Shown in pieces: positions 37,283 through 49,386 of a stretch of 64,000 nucleotides of DNA. Source of the DNA: an uncultured Solirubrobacteraceae bacterium (lineage in GTDB: Bacteria; Actinomycetota; Thermoleophilia; Solirubrobacterales; Solirubrobacteraceae); assembly GCA_963697955.1 (NCBI GenBank), contig OY969106.1:1065257-1129256 (forward strand), written 5' to 3'. The notes under the pieces were generated by a model, which had not been told where the DNA came from, searched no databases, and saw nothing but the letters and a program-made list of their open reading frames with translations. A program made the translations under genes and the position numbers. Positions within the stretch are counted from its first letter, which is position 1. Each line of letters begins with the position of its first letter.

Positions 37283-38310
37283 GCGGCGAGGAGGAGAAGG
37301 ACCGCCAGGAGCAGGAGAGCCTTGCGCTCGCCGCCGAGGCCGGGATCCACCGGCTCGCGATCCCCACTCCCTTCATGGTGGGGCGGGTCAACGCCTATTT
37401 GATCGAGGACTCGCCCCTCACGCTGGTGGACTCGGGACCCAACTCGGCCAAGGCCCTCGACGAGCTCGAGCAGGGGCTGGCGGCGCTCGGGCACTCGGTC
37501 GAGGACATCGAGCTGCTGGTGATCACCCACCAGCACATCGATCACTTCGGTCTGGCCTCCATCCTTGCCCGCCGCTCGGGCGCAGAGGTGGCGGCGCTCG
37601 GCACGCTGGCGCCGTTCCTCGCCCGTTTCGGCCAGGCCGCCGACCAGGACGACCGCTTTGCCGAGCAGCTGATGCTGCGTCACGGCATCCCGCCCGACAT
37701 CGTCACGGCGCTGCGCTCGGTGGCGGCCAGCTTTCGCGGCTGGGGCGCGGCGGTGGAGGTGACCAGAGAGCTGAGTCATGGCGAGCAGCTGGCATTCCGC
37801 GATCGCACGCTTCGCGTTCTGCACCGCCCCGGGCACAGCCCCTCGGACACCGTGTTCCTCGACGAGGAGCGCTCGATCATGCTCGCAGCCGACCATCTGA
37901 TCGCGCACATCTCCTCCAACCCGCTGCTCGCACGCCCGCTCGAGGCGGACGGCGAGTACACAGGTCCGCGCCCGCAGGCGCTCATCACCTATATGGCCTC
38001 GCTGGAAGAGACGCGCGCGACGGACCTCGAGCTGGTGCTGCCCGGCCACGGCAGGCCGATCACCAACCATGCCGAGCTGATCGAAGAACGCTTCCGCATG
38101 CACCGCCGCCGTGCAGAGAAGATCAACCGCCTGATCGCCACGCAGCCCCGCTCGGCGCACGAGATCGCGCAGGAGCTGTGGGGCAACGTGGCTGTGACCC
38201 AGGCCTATCTCACGCTCTCAGAGGTGCTCGGGCACGTCGATCTGCTGCTGCGCGACGGATCGGTCGTCGAACGTGACGACGACGGCGTGGTCCGCTTCGA
38301 GGCCGTCTAG
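37279..38310 (+). CDS. metallo-beta-lactamase-fold hydrolase
   Basis: THQHIDH, PGHS, ADH, PGHG; GTGA overlap. Confidence 0.9.
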   Translation: MSGEEEKDRQEQESLALAAEAGIHRLAIPTPFMVGRVNAYLIEDSPLTLVDSGPNSAKALDELEQGLAALGHSVEDIELLVITHQHIDHFGLASILARRSGAEVAALGTLAPFLARFGQAADQDDRFAEQLMLRHGIPPDIVTALRSVAASFRGWGAAVEVTRELSHGEQLAFRDRTLRVLHRPGHSPSDTVFLDEERSIMLAADHLIAHISSNPLLARPLEADGEYTGPRPQALITYMASLEETRATDLELVLPGHGRPITNHAELIEERFRMHRRRAEKINRLIATQPRSAHEIAQELWGNVAVTQAYLTLSEVLGHVDLLLRDGSVVERDDDGVVRFEAV

Positions 38311-38789
38311 CTTTCCAGGCGCGTGGAGAAGGCCTCGAGGCCCCTCCCCCAGCCGCCGGGCGAGCCGACGGAGTCGCGCATCCGCTCCCAGCCCTCGCCG
38401 TGACGGTCGATCCCGCGGTGCTCGAGCTCGACGAGCGTGCGGGCGAGGCCTTCCGGGATGAAGCGCACCTCGATCTCGCTGGTCCTCTCGGGGTCTGTCT
38501 CGATCTGCCAGTTCAGGCCGATGTCCCAGCTGATCACCACCCTGCGGGGCGGCTCGTAGGCGAGCACGCGCGCCCAGTGGCACTCGCTGCCATCGACGCC
38601 GCGGTCATAGACGTGCCCGCCGACGCGCTGCTCGAAGACCATCTCCGCCAGCTCGGCCTGCAGGATGTGGTGGTCTGAGGGCCACCAGCTGCCGATGTCG
38701 GCGGTGAATACCTCGAAGGCGCGCTCGGCGGGCGCGTCGACCATGATCGAGGCGGCGACAGACGTTCCTGTCAGGGGTGCTGTGCTCAT
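38307..38789 (-). CDS. SRPBCC/AHSA1 domain protein
   Basis: AFEVFT..IGSWWP, EPPRRVVISW, TLVELEHRG. Confidence 0.88.
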   Translation of the reverse strand: MSTAPLTGTSVAASIMVDAPAERAFEVFTADIGSWWPSDHHILQAELAEMVFEQRVGGHVYDRGVDGSECHWARVLAYEPPRRVVISWDIGLNWQIETDPERTSEIEVRFIPEGLARTLVELEHRGIDRHGEGWERMRDSVGSPGGWGRGLEAFSTRLES

Positions 38790-39106
38790 CGGTGGTCCTC
38801 CTCTTTCTGCTCGGCGACCTCCTTGAAGGACGCGAGCGCCTGGTTCCAGAAGCGGTCGAGATAGGAGCGCAGCGTCTGCACGCCCGCGGGATCGACCTGA
38901 TAGATGCGACGGTTGCCGACGGCGCGATCGGTGACGAGACCGGCGCGCTTGAGCACCCGCAGGTGCTGTGAGACGGCAGGACGGCTGACGGGAAGCTCGG
39001 CGGCGAGCTCCCCCACGGCGCGTGGCCTGACGCCGATGCGCTCAAAGATCTCCCGCCTGGTTTGATCTCCGAGCGCCTCGAACGCCCGATCTTGGTAAGT
39101 CAGCAC
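38786..39106 (-). CDS. ArsR/SmtB family regulator
   Basis: ALGDQTRR, SRPAVSQHLRVL. Confidence 0.92.
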   Translation of the reverse strand: MLTYQDRAFEALGDQTRREIFERIGVRPRAVGELAAELPVSRPAVSQHLRVLKRAGLVTDRAVGNRRIYQVDPAGVQTLRSYLDRFWNQALASFKEVAEQKEEDHR

Positions 39107-39127
39107 TAACGGTAAGTTAGCACTTAC
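39095..39127. promoter_or_regulatory. tandem palindromic operators overlapping the ArsR start
   Basis: GTAAGT-CAGC-ACTAAC (39095-39110) and perfect GTAAGT-TAGC-ACTTAC (39112-39127). Confidence 0.75.
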
Positions 39128-39139
39128 ACAGCACGGCCG

Positions 39140-39703
39140 TCAAGCGGCGGCGATCGACTCCAGGAACAGCTTGTGCAGACGATCGTCGTCGCTCAGCTCG
39201 GAGTGGAAGGCAACTGCGAGCATCCTGCCCTGGCGCGCCGCGATGGGATGCCCATCGACCTCGCCCAGGATCTCCACGGCGGGACCGTGCTCGGCGATCC
39301 AAGGGGCGCGGATGAAGATTCCACGAATCGGCTCCCCGTCGATTCCAGCGAGATCCACGTCGGCCTCGAAGCTCCTGACCTGCCGGCCGAAGGCGTTTCG
39401 CTCGGCGCGCATGTCCATCAGGCCGAGGTGCTCTGAGTCGAGCATGATCAGCCCCGCGCACGAGCCGAGGATCGGCGTGCCCTGCCTCGCCAGCGCACGC
39501 AGCGGATCGGCCAGCCCCTCGCGCTCGATCCCAAGCGTCATCGTGGTCGACTCCCCCCCGGGCACCACCAGCGCATCCAGGCCCTCCAGGTCGGCGATCA
39601 CCCGCACCTGACGTGTGGTCGCGCCGATCCCACGCAGCATCCGCTCGTGCGCTTCGAAGTCGCCCTGCAGCGCCAGCACGCCGACGAGCCCAGCGCTGGC
39701 CAT
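39140..39703 (-). CDS. pdxT: PLP synthase glutaminase subunit
   Basis: GVLALQG, PGGEST, GSCAG, RNAFGRQ, FHSE. Confidence 0.96.
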   Translation of the reverse strand: MASAGLVGVLALQGDFEAHERMLRGIGATTRQVRVIADLEGLDALVVPGGESTTMTLGIEREGLADPLRALARQGTPILGSCAGLIMLDSEHLGLMDMRAERNAFGRQVRSFEADVDLAGIDGEPIRGIFIRAPWIAEHGPAVEILGEVDGHPIAARQGRMLAVAFHSELSDDDRLHKLFLESIAAA

Positions 39704-39711
39704 CGGGCCTC

Positions 39712-40596
39712 CTACCAGCCGCGCTGGGCGAGCAGCTGCTCGCCCTCGAGCTTCGAGCTCTCGAGGCTCTCCATCGCTGGGCCGAGCCCGCGGGATGCCT
39801 CGGCCACGCGCTCGGGGTCCTGCCAGTGGGTGGTGGCCTCGACGATTGCCCGGGCGCGTGTTGGCGGGTCATCGGACTTGAAGATGCCCGAGCCCACGAA
39901 CACGCCTTCGGCTCCCAGGGCCATCATCAGGGCGGCGTCAGCCGGTGTGGCGATGCCGCCGGCACAGAACAGCACCACCGGCAGCCGACCCTCCCGTGCG
40001 ATGTCACGCACGATGTCCAGAGGCGCTGCGATCTCCTTGGCGGCGGTGGCGATCTCGCCGGCCTCGAGCATCGTCAGGCGGCGGATTTCGCCGGTGATCT
40101 GGCGCATGTGGCGTACGGCCTCCACGATGTCGCCCGTGCCGGCCTCGCCCTTGGAGCGGATCATGGCCGCACCCTCGCCGATCCGCCTGAGCGCCTCGCC
40201 GAGGTTGGTGGCACCGCATACGAATGGCACCCCGAAGTCCCACTTGTCGATGTGGTTGGCCTCGTCGGCGGGCGTGAGGACCTCGGACTCGTCGATGTAG
40301 TCCACCTCCAGCGCCGCCAGCACACGCGCCTCCATGAAGTGCCCGATGCGGGCCTTGGCCATCACCGGGATCGTCACGGCCTCCTGGATGCCGGCGATCA
40401 TCTCTGGATCGGACATCCGCGCCACACCGCCGTCGCGACGGATATCCGCAGGCACCCGCTCGAGCGCCATCACAGCCGCCGCGCCGGCGTCCTCGGCGAC
40501 CTTGGCCTGCTCGGGAGTGACCACGTCCATGATCACGCCCCCCTTGAGCATCTCCGCCAGGCCCGTCTTGACCCTGAATGTCGCCTCGTCGCGCAT
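39712..40596 (-). CDS. pdxS: PLP synthase lyase subunit
   Basis: [28 protein letters not shown]. Confidence 0.98.
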   Translation of the reverse strand: MRDEATFRVKTGLAEMLKGGVIMDVVTPEQAKVAEDAGAAAVMALERVPADIRRDGGVARMSDPEMIAGIQEAVTIPVMAKARIGHFMEARVLAALEVDYIDESEVLTPADEANHIDKWDFGVPFVCGATNLGEALRRIGEGAAMIRSKGEAGTGDIVEAVRHMRQITGEIRRLTMLEAGEIATAAKEIAAPLDIVRDIAREGRLPVVLFCAGGIATPADAALMMALGAEGVFVGSGIFKSDDPPTRARAIVEATTHWQDPERVAEASRGLGPAMESLESSKLEGEQLLAQRGW

Positions 40597-40989
40597 GCGG
40601 CCAGTCTATCCAGCCCGGCTGGGTACGCCGTGGCGAAGCAGACCGGGCTCCATCCGTCCATGTCGGACCCTGGCGCCCTCCGCCGAGGAGCGCCTGCCGC
40701 TGAGGGAGCCCGCCTATAGCCGGCGAGGCCGGCACAGTATCCGGCTCTGTACGCGCCGGCCATCTACCTGGACGGGGTGGGGTAACCCGTGCCCGCGAGC
40801 GATCCCAGAGAGGCGGCGTCTGAGAGGACGCAGCGCCTGGTTCTGGTGAGACTGATCGTCCTGTAGTGCGAATACATGCTCGCCGCTGGAACCGGCCTCA
40901 GCTGGCGATGGTGGACCGGGCGCACTGAGCGTCAGCCCGACTAGGAGTAGTCATGCTGTTCAGGTCGGCGCAAGCGCCGACCCGCGGGG

Positions 40990-41565
40990 TCATACATGCA
41001 TGCCCTCTGGGCCGTCTCGGGGATACGGGAGGCTTCGCCATGGGAGTGCCCGCCATCTCTTGTCCAAGATGTCCTCGCGCATCTCGTCCCACTCGTTGTA
41101 AAGCGCCTGCCCCGGGCTCTGCGCTCTCAGGTGGTGAACGAGCCACTGCGATCTGCTCCAGAAGTCGAGCGCCGCGTCACCGAAATATTCGTCGATCAAT
41201 TTCTGATCAACCAGCTCGCGGTTATACATCCCGGCCATCTCCTCCCAGAAGTTCAGAACGAGTTGCACCTCGAACTGATCTCTGAACGACAGCATGTCCC
41301 ACCATTCCCCACGAGCCTGTGCCTCATCCATGCTCAACACTGGACGTTTTTTACCGATGACGTAGTGCGCCTTTTCGACGAAAGCGATCAGCTGTGGATC
41401 GTCATATCGCTGCAGGTAATAGTGCGCCCTGGTCTGGGCCGTCGCCTGGCGCGTCTGTCGAAGCTGATACCAAGCACCGAGCAGGGCCAGAAATCCAGCC
41501 ACCGCCGTACCCGCCACGCCAATGGCCGAAAGCTCGCTCGTCCAGGTCGGTACATCCGAGACCAT
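40990..41565 (-). CDS. DUF4760-like protein with N-terminal TM
   Basis: TM followed by QLRQ; LNFWEEMA...D...W...R...LYNEW pattern; visibly less GC-rich than neighbours. Confidence 0.7.
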   Translation of the reverse strand: MVSDVPTWTSELSAIGVAGTAVAGFLALLGAWYQLRQTRQATAQTRAHYYLQRYDDPQLIAFVEKAHYVIGKKRPVLSMDEAQARGEWWDMLSFRDQFEVQLVLNFWEEMAGMYNRELVDQKLIDEYFGDAALDFWSRSQWLVHHLRAQSPGQALYNEWDEMREDILDKRWRALPWRSLPYPRDGPEGMHV

Positions 41566-41715
41566 CTTCGCAGCGCCCCCGCAGACACGTCCAACAGGCC
41601 GATACAATGTGAGAATGATCGCTCACGGTCCGGCCATCAAAACTTAGCTACGCCATCGGGCTCTCACGAGCCGTCGCGCTCGCTTGGCGGCACTCGGCAA
41701 TGACGAACGCCGAGG

Positions 41716-42627
41716 CTACTTCAGCCGGAACGCCTTGATGCGGTCGTCGTACTGCGCGGTGTCCTGGGCGTAGACGCCGTAGGCGAGTGCCTGGATGACG
41801 CTCAGCAGCGCCGTGTGCGAGCGCACGTAGGCGGGGCTGTTGGATGAGTAGTAGAGCTTGATCTGGGCCAGCTTGGCGACCTCGGAGAGGGTGGCGTCGG
41901 TGATCGCCGCGGTACGCGCCTGGCGGTGGCGGGCGAGCTTCATCGCGCGCACCACCAGCGGGTGCGGGCGCCCGGCCGAGAGCCCGATGACGAGAGTGCT
42001 CGTGTCGATGCGGCCCGAGGCGGCTGAGCGCCTCCTGGGAAGGGCTGGCGACGACGTCGACGCGCAGGTCGAGCAGCATCAGCAGGTGGCGCAGGTAGCT
42101 GGCGAAGAAGGCCATCTGGTCGGTGCCCGCGACGAGCACCTTGTCGGCGCCGACGATCGCCTCGATCAGCGCCTCGACAGAGCTGCGGGAGACCTTGCGG
42201 GCGGTCTCCTCCACGTTCAGGTGATCGGCCGCCAGCGCCGCCTCGAACTCGTTCTGGTCGAGCGAGAACAGCGGCGTGGATGCGCCTGCGCGCCCGCCAT
42301 CCTCGGCGCCGCCCTTGGCGTTGACCCGGCGGTATTCCTCGCGCGCGGCCGCCTGCAGCTCGGGGAAGCCCTCGAAGCCGAGCGCCTGCGAGAAGCGCAC
42401 GACTGTGGAGCTGGAGGTGTTGGCGCGGCGCGCCAGCTCCTCGGCCGTCTGGAAGGCGGCCTCGTCGAGATGGTCGACGATGTACTGCGCCACGTCCTTC
42501 TGCGAGCGCGAGCACTCGTCGAAGCGCGCCTGGATGTACTTGGACAGGCTCTGGTGCTCGCTCGTGCCGTTGGCGGGAGCCGAGACGGTGGACGCTCAGG
42601 CGTCTTGGTTGCAGCTGCACGCTTCAT
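41716..42627 (-). pseudogene. RpiR/MurR family regulator, frameshifted (probably assembly error)
   Basis: HTH (SSSTVVRF..LGFEGF) and SIS domains; single-base shifts near 42595 and 42015. Confidence 0.8.
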
Positions 42628-42780
42628 CGGCGCTTCTGTTCGACGTCTGCGCCTCGCACTCCTCCCCACAGCCCGCAGGTTGACTCGATGATCCAGCGCC
42701 GGTGCCCTCGCGTACATAAGCTCAGTCCATGCCGCAACGACGCCTCCCGCAGCCCCACTCTCCCAGCAGCAGACGGCAAC

Positions 42781-44059
42781 GTGAGGATCGCGATCGTCGG
42801 CGCCGGCGTCTCCGGGCTCGTCGCCGCCCACCTGCTCCACGCGCGAGCACGAGATCACGCTGTATGAGGCCGGCGCCTATGCAGGCGGGCACACCAACAC
42901 GATCCGGGTGGACACCGAGCACGCCACCCACCAGGTGGACACCGGCTTCATCGTGATGAACGACCGCAACTACCCCAACTTCACCCGTCTGCTCGAGCGC
43001 CTCGGCGTGGCCACCCAGCCGACGCACATGAGCTTCTCGGTCAAGGGCGAGGAGGAGGACTTCGAGTACTGCGGGCACCCCCCGCGGGCTGTTCTGCCAG
43101 CCGACGCAACCTCGCTCAGCCCGCGCTTCCAGCGGATGATCGTCGACCTGCTGCGCTTCAACCGCGCGCTGCGCCGGCTGCTCGCCGACGGCGGGGCACG
43201 CGTGGCCGTGCGCTCGACCGGCGCGAGGAGACGCTCGGCGAGTTCCTCGCCCGCGGACGCTTCTCGCAGGCCTTCGTCGAGCGGCTGATCGTGCCCGCAG
43301 GTCTCGGCCGTGTGGTCGGCCGACCCGCGCGCCATGAGCACCTTCCCGGTGCGCTTCCTGGCCGAGTTCTTCGCCAACCACGGCATGCTCGGCTTCCGCG
43401 ACCGGCCGCGCTGGTCAACCATCGCCGGCGGCTCGGCGCGCTACGTCGAGGCGCTGACAGCGCCCTTTCGCGAGCGCATCCGCCTGAACGCGCCGGTGCA
43501 GCTCGATCACGCGCGACCGACGAGCACGTGGAGGTCGCGAGCCGCGGGCGCAGAGCGCCGAGCGCTACGACCAGGTCGTGATCGCCACCCACTCCGATCA
43601 GGCGCTGGCGATGCTCGCCGACCCCAGCGAGCGCGAGCGCGAGCTGCTCGGCGCGATCCCCTACCAGCGCAACGAGGCCGTGCTGCACACCGACAGCTCG
43701 CTGCTGCCCGCGCCGCCGCGCGCCCGCGCGGCCTGGAACTTCCACCTGCTGCGCGAGCCCAAGGCCGCGAGCACCGTCACCTACTACATGAACCACCTCC
43801 AGCGCCTCGACGCCGACCGCGACTTCTGCGTGACGCTCAACCGCACCGAGGCGATCGACCCGGCGAAGGTCATCCGCACGATCGACTACTCCCACCCCGT
43901 CTTCACCACCGCCGGCGTCGCCGCCCAGGCGCGCCACGGCGACGATCTCGGGCCTGCGCCGCGGACCCACTACTGCGGCGCCTACTGGGGCTGGGGCTTT
44001 CACGAGGACGGCGTGCGAGCGCGCTGCGCGCGTGCGAGCCGTTCGGGGTGACGCTGTGA
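42781..44059 (+). pseudogene. FAD-dependent oxidoreductase (COG2907, UfaD-like), multiple frameshifts
   Basis: RIAIVGAGVSG, GGHTNT, VDTGFIV, AAWN and GFHEDG lie in different frames. Confidence 0.85.
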
Positions 44060-44852
44060 GGAGCTGCCTGTACGAGGGCTCGGTGCGCCACCGCCGCCGC
44101 GGCGAGCTCGACGACGAGTTCCGCTACCCGCCTGTTCATGGTCTACCTCGACCTCGACGAGCTGCCCGACGCTGTTCGACGGGCACCCGCTGTGGTCGGC
44201 GCGGCGCCCCGCGCTGGCCTGGTTCCGGCGCTCGGACTACCTCGGCGACCCCGCGATGCCGCTCTGGCCGAGGCGGTGCGCGAGCTGGTGCTCGAGCGCA
44301 CCGGCGCGCGCTCCGACGGGCCCGATCCGGCTGCTCACCCACCTGCGCTACTTCGGCCACTGCTTCAACCCGGTGAGCTTCTACTACTGCTTCGACGCCG
44401 CCGGCGAGCACGTCGGGCGGTCGTCGCCGAGGTCACCAACACCCCTGGGGCGAGCGCCACGCCTACGTGATGCCTGTCGCCGCCAGCCGCTGACCACGGC
44501 ACCGCCGAGCTGATGCGAGGGCAGCTTCGCGAAGGAGCTGCACGTCTCGCCGCTGATGGGCATGGACCACGTCTATGACTGGCGTCTGACCGAGCCCGCC
44601 GAGCGGCTGTCGTGCACATCGAGTCCCGCCGGACCAGCGGCGAGAGCGTGTTCGACGCGACGCTCGGCCTGCGCCGCCGCGAGCTGACCGGGCACGAGCA
44701 TGCGCCGCGCGCTCGCCCGCTATCCGCTCCTGACGATGCGCATCCTCGCCCGCATCTACACCCACGCCCTGCGCCTGCGACTGCGCGGCGCCAGCTACTT
44801 CCCCAACCCCCGCCACGGATCCGGGCCCGATCGGGGAGCGCTCTCCACATGA
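44056..44852 (+). pseudogene. DUF1365 family protein, multiple frameshifts
   Basis: LYEGSVRHRR, FNPVSFYYC, EVTNTP and KELHVSP lie in different frames. Confidence 0.85.
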
Positions 44853-46188
44853 GCACCATCGAGGGCACCACCGAGAGCAGGGCGGCCGAGCTTCATCTCG
44901 GCCATCCGCGCCGAGCGGCCGCCGAGCCCGCACCGTCACGCGGACGCCGGCTTCAGCGCCCCGGTGAGCGGCTGGCGCGGTGGCTCGTGCTGCGCATGCT
45001 CGCCCGCCTGCACGGCGGCGAGCTCGTGCTGATCGACGAGGGGCGGGTGCTGCGCTTCGGCGAGCCGCTCGCCGAGCGTCCCCTGCGCGCCGTGCTGCGG
45101 GTGCACTCACAGCGCTTCTACCGCCAGCTGCTGCGCGGCAGCGTCGGCCTCAGCGAGGCCTACATGCAGGGGCTGTGGGACTGCGACGACCTCGTCTCGC
45201 TGACCCGCATCGCGGCGCTCAACGTGGGCGCCTCGACACGCCTGCGCCGGCGTCTCGCGCCCGTGCTGGTCCCCGTCCAGCGCCTGGCTCGGCTGGCTGG
45301 AGCGCAACACGCCCGTGCGCGCGCGCAAGCAGATCGCAGCTCACTACGACCTCGGCAACGAGCTGTTCGCGCTGTTCCTCGACCCCACGATGATGTACTC
45401 CTGCGCCGTCTTCGATGAGCCCCACGCCACGCTCGAAGAGGCCTCGCTGGCCAAGCTCGAGCGGGTCTGCGCCAAGCTCGACCTCGGGCCCGCGGACCAC
45501 GTGCTCGAGATCGGCACCGGCTGGGGCGGCTTCGCCGTCTACGCGGCCTCGCACTACGGCTGCCGGGTGACGACCACCACGATCTCCCGCGAACAGCACG
45601 CCTACGCCACCGAGCGGGTGCGCGAGGCCGGGCTCTCAGGACCGGGTGACGCGTGCTGCTCGAGGACTACCGCGACCTCGACCGGCAGCTACGACAAGCT
45701 CGTCTCGATCGAGATGATCGAGGCGGTCGGCTGGCAGTACTTCCCCACCTTCTTCCGCTGCTGCTCGGAGCTGCTGACGACCGACGGGGCGATGCTGCTG
45801 CAGGCGATCACGATCGACGACCGCGCCTACGAGGTCGAGAAGGCCGGGCGCAGCTTCATCAACACCCACATCTTCCCCGGCGGCTGCCTGCCCTCGATGG
45901 AGGTCATCTCGCGCTCAGTGGCCCGCGTCACCGACTTCCGCCACGTGCACCTGGAGGACATCACCGCCCACTACGCAACCACCCTCGAGCTCTGGCGCGA
46001 GCGCTTCCTGGAGGCCGAGCGACCGCGTGTCGGAGCTGGGCTACGACGAGCGCTTCCGCCGCCTGTGGGAGCTCTACCTCAGCTACTGCGAGGGCGGCTT
46101 TCGCGAGCGGCGCATCCAGGACATCCAGCTGCTGCTCGCCAAGCCTGGATTCCTCCGCACAGCCGGCCGCCCGGCGCTCGAGCGGTAG
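44849..46188 (+). pseudogene. cfa: cyclopropane-fatty-acyl-phospholipid synthase/methyltransferase, multiple frameshifts
   Basis: HYDLGN, MMYSCA, LEIGTGWG, SIEMIEAVG, IFPGG, YLSYCEGGF. Confidence 0.85.
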
Positions 46189-46200
46189 GGTGCAGCGCCC

Positions 46201-47358
<1,158 letters not shown>

Positions 47359-47369
47359 GTCCGGCCTCT

Positions 47370-49367
47370 TCAGAGCGTCTTGGCCAGCTCCACGAAGTAG
47401 TCGAGCGAAGCTGGATTGGCCAGCGACTCGACGCTTGCTGCCTGGCTCGGGGGTGTCCCCATCAATATTCGCTTGACCGGCACCTCCAGCACCTTGCCCG
47501 AGAGCGTCCGCGGAACCTCGGAGATCTGGCGGATCTCGTTGGGGACGTGGCGCGGAGAGCAGTCCTCGCGGATGCGACGCTTGATCTGGGCGGCGAGCTC
47601 ATCGTCGAGTGTCACGCCCTGTCGCAGCGCCACGAACAGAATCATCGAAAGCTCGCCATCGGCCTTGGGCACGTCCACCACGAGCGCGTCGAGCACCTCC
47701 TCCACCGCGCCGGCCGCGCGGTAGATCTCGCTGGTTCCCATCCGCACGCCCTGGCGATTGATGGTGGAGTCCGAACGCCCGTAGATGACAGCGCCCCCGC
47801 GCGGGGTGATGCGGATCCAGTCGCCATGACGCCAGATGCCGGGATACATCGAGAAGTAGCTCTCGCGCAGGCGCTCGCCGTCAGGATCGTTCCAGAAGTA
47901 GATCGGCATCGAGGGCATCGGCTCGGTGATCACCAGCTCGCCCACCTCGTCAACCAAGCTGCGTCCCTGCTCGTCCCACGCCTCCACCGCGCAACCGAGC
48001 ATCCGGGCCTGCAGCTCGCCTTCATACACCGGGAGCAGCGGACAGCCGCCGACGAAGGCCGTGCACACGTCGGTGCCGCCGCTGGTCGAGAACAGCCAGA
48101 TGTCAGAGCCCACCTTCTCGTAGACCCAGCGAAAGCTCTCCGGTGCAAGCGGCGAGCCCGTCGAGCCGATCGCCCGCAGCGCACTGAGGTCGTAGTCGCG
48201 CGCCGGCTGCACCCCCGCCTTCTCCGTGCTCGCCAAGAGGCCCGCGCTCACGCCCATGGAGGTGATCCGGGCACGGGCCGCCAGATCCCACAGTGCGCCG
48301 AGGTCGGGGTGGGCGGGGCTGCCGTCGTAGAGCACGATCGCCGCCTCGGAGTGCAGGCAGCCGATCAGGAAGTTCCACATCATCCAGCCCGTGGTGGTGA
48401 ACCAGAACATGCGGTCGCCGGGGCGTAGATCGAGGTGCAGGCGGCTCTTCTTGAGCTGCTCCAAGAGGATCCCCCCCTGGCTCTGCACGATCGCCTTCGG
48501 CAGCCCCGTCGTGCCCGATGAGTAGAGCACCCATAGAGGGTGATCGAACGGCACCTGCTCGAAGGCCAGCTCAGAGCCCGCGCCGCTGGCGAGCAGCTCA
48601 TCCCAGGTGAGGACACTGCGAACGCCCGCCCCGCCGAAGGCGGCCCCATCCCCTCCCTCCACAGCCAGGTAGGGCAGCACGACGACGTGCTCGACGGTGG
48701 GCAGCTCCGCCAGGATCGCCTGCACGTTGGCCGTGCGGTCGAAGTCCTTGCCGCCATGGCGGTAGCCGTCGACCGTCAGGAAGACCTTGGGCTCGATCTG
48801 GGCGAAGCGGTCGATCACGCTGCGGGCGCCGAACTCGGGGGCCGCGCTCGACCACACCGCGCCGATCGAGGACACCGCGATGAACGCGATCAGGGTCTCC
48901 AGGATGTTGGGCATGTAGGCCACCACCCGGTCGCCCCGCCCCAACCCCAGTGCGCGCAGCCCGCCCGCCGCCTCGGCCACGCAGGCGCTCAGCTCCCCCC
49001 AGCTGACCTCCCTCAGCGGCCTCAGCTCGGAGGTGTGCAGCACCGCCACCGCCGACGGATCGCGATCGGCGAGCAGGAGGTTCTCGGCGAAGTTGAGCTC
49101 CGCCCCCTCGAACCAGCGGGTGCCCGGCATCGCGTGCGAGCCGAGCACCCGCTCATAGGGCTTCGATGCCCGCACCCCGCAGAACTCCCACACGTCGGCC
49201 CAGAACTCCTCCAGCTCATCCACCGACCAACGCCACAGCTCACCGTAGTCGGCGAACTCACGGCCGTGGCGCGCCGCCGCCCATTCCATGAAGCGCGTCA
49301 GCTCGGCACTCTGGCGCATCTCCTCCGAGGGTTGCCACAGGAGCACGTCGGTGGTCTCAGCGGACAT
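47370..49367 (-). CDS. acetoacetate--CoA ligase
   Basis: YSSGTTGLPK, TTGWMMWN, SGGTD, GRSDSTIN. Confidence 0.93.
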   Translation of the reverse strand: MSAETTDVLLWQPSEEMRQSAELTRFMEWAAARHGREFADYGELWRWSVDELEEFWADVWEFCGVRASKPYERVLGSHAMPGTRWFEGAELNFAENLLLADRDPSAVAVLHTSELRPLREVSWGELSACVAEAAGGLRALGLGRGDRVVAYMPNILETLIAFIAVSSIGAVWSSAAPEFGARSVIDRFAQIEPKVFLTVDGYRHGGKDFDRTANVQAILAELPTVEHVVVLPYLAVEGGDGAAFGGAGVRSVLTWDELLASGAGSELAFEQVPFDHPLWVLYSSGTTGLPKAIVQSQGGILLEQLKKSRLHLDLRPGDRMFWFTTTGWMMWNFLIGCLHSEAAIVLYDGSPAHPDLGALWDLAARARITSMGVSAGLLASTEKAGVQPARDYDLSALRAIGSTGSPLAPESFRWVYEKVGSDIWLFSTSGGTDVCTAFVGGCPLLPVYEGELQARMLGCAVEAWDEQGRSLVDEVGELVITEPMPSMPIYFWNDPDGERLRESYFSMYPGIWRHGDWIRITPRGGAVIYGRSDSTINRQGVRMGTSEIYRAAGAVEEVLDALVVDVPKADGELSMILFVALRQGVTLDDELAAQIKRRIREDCSPRHVPNEIRQISEVPRTLSGKVLEVPVKRILMGTPPSQAASVESLANPASLDYFVELAKTL

Positions 49368-49386
49368 AGGGATATTCTCGCGGTTT

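Noticed and set aside
40770-40960. Possible TPP riboswitch (CTGAGA) or other RNA near pdxS
   Set aside because: No downstream ACCTGA/TAAT-GCG elements, and it is on the opposite strand to pdxS.
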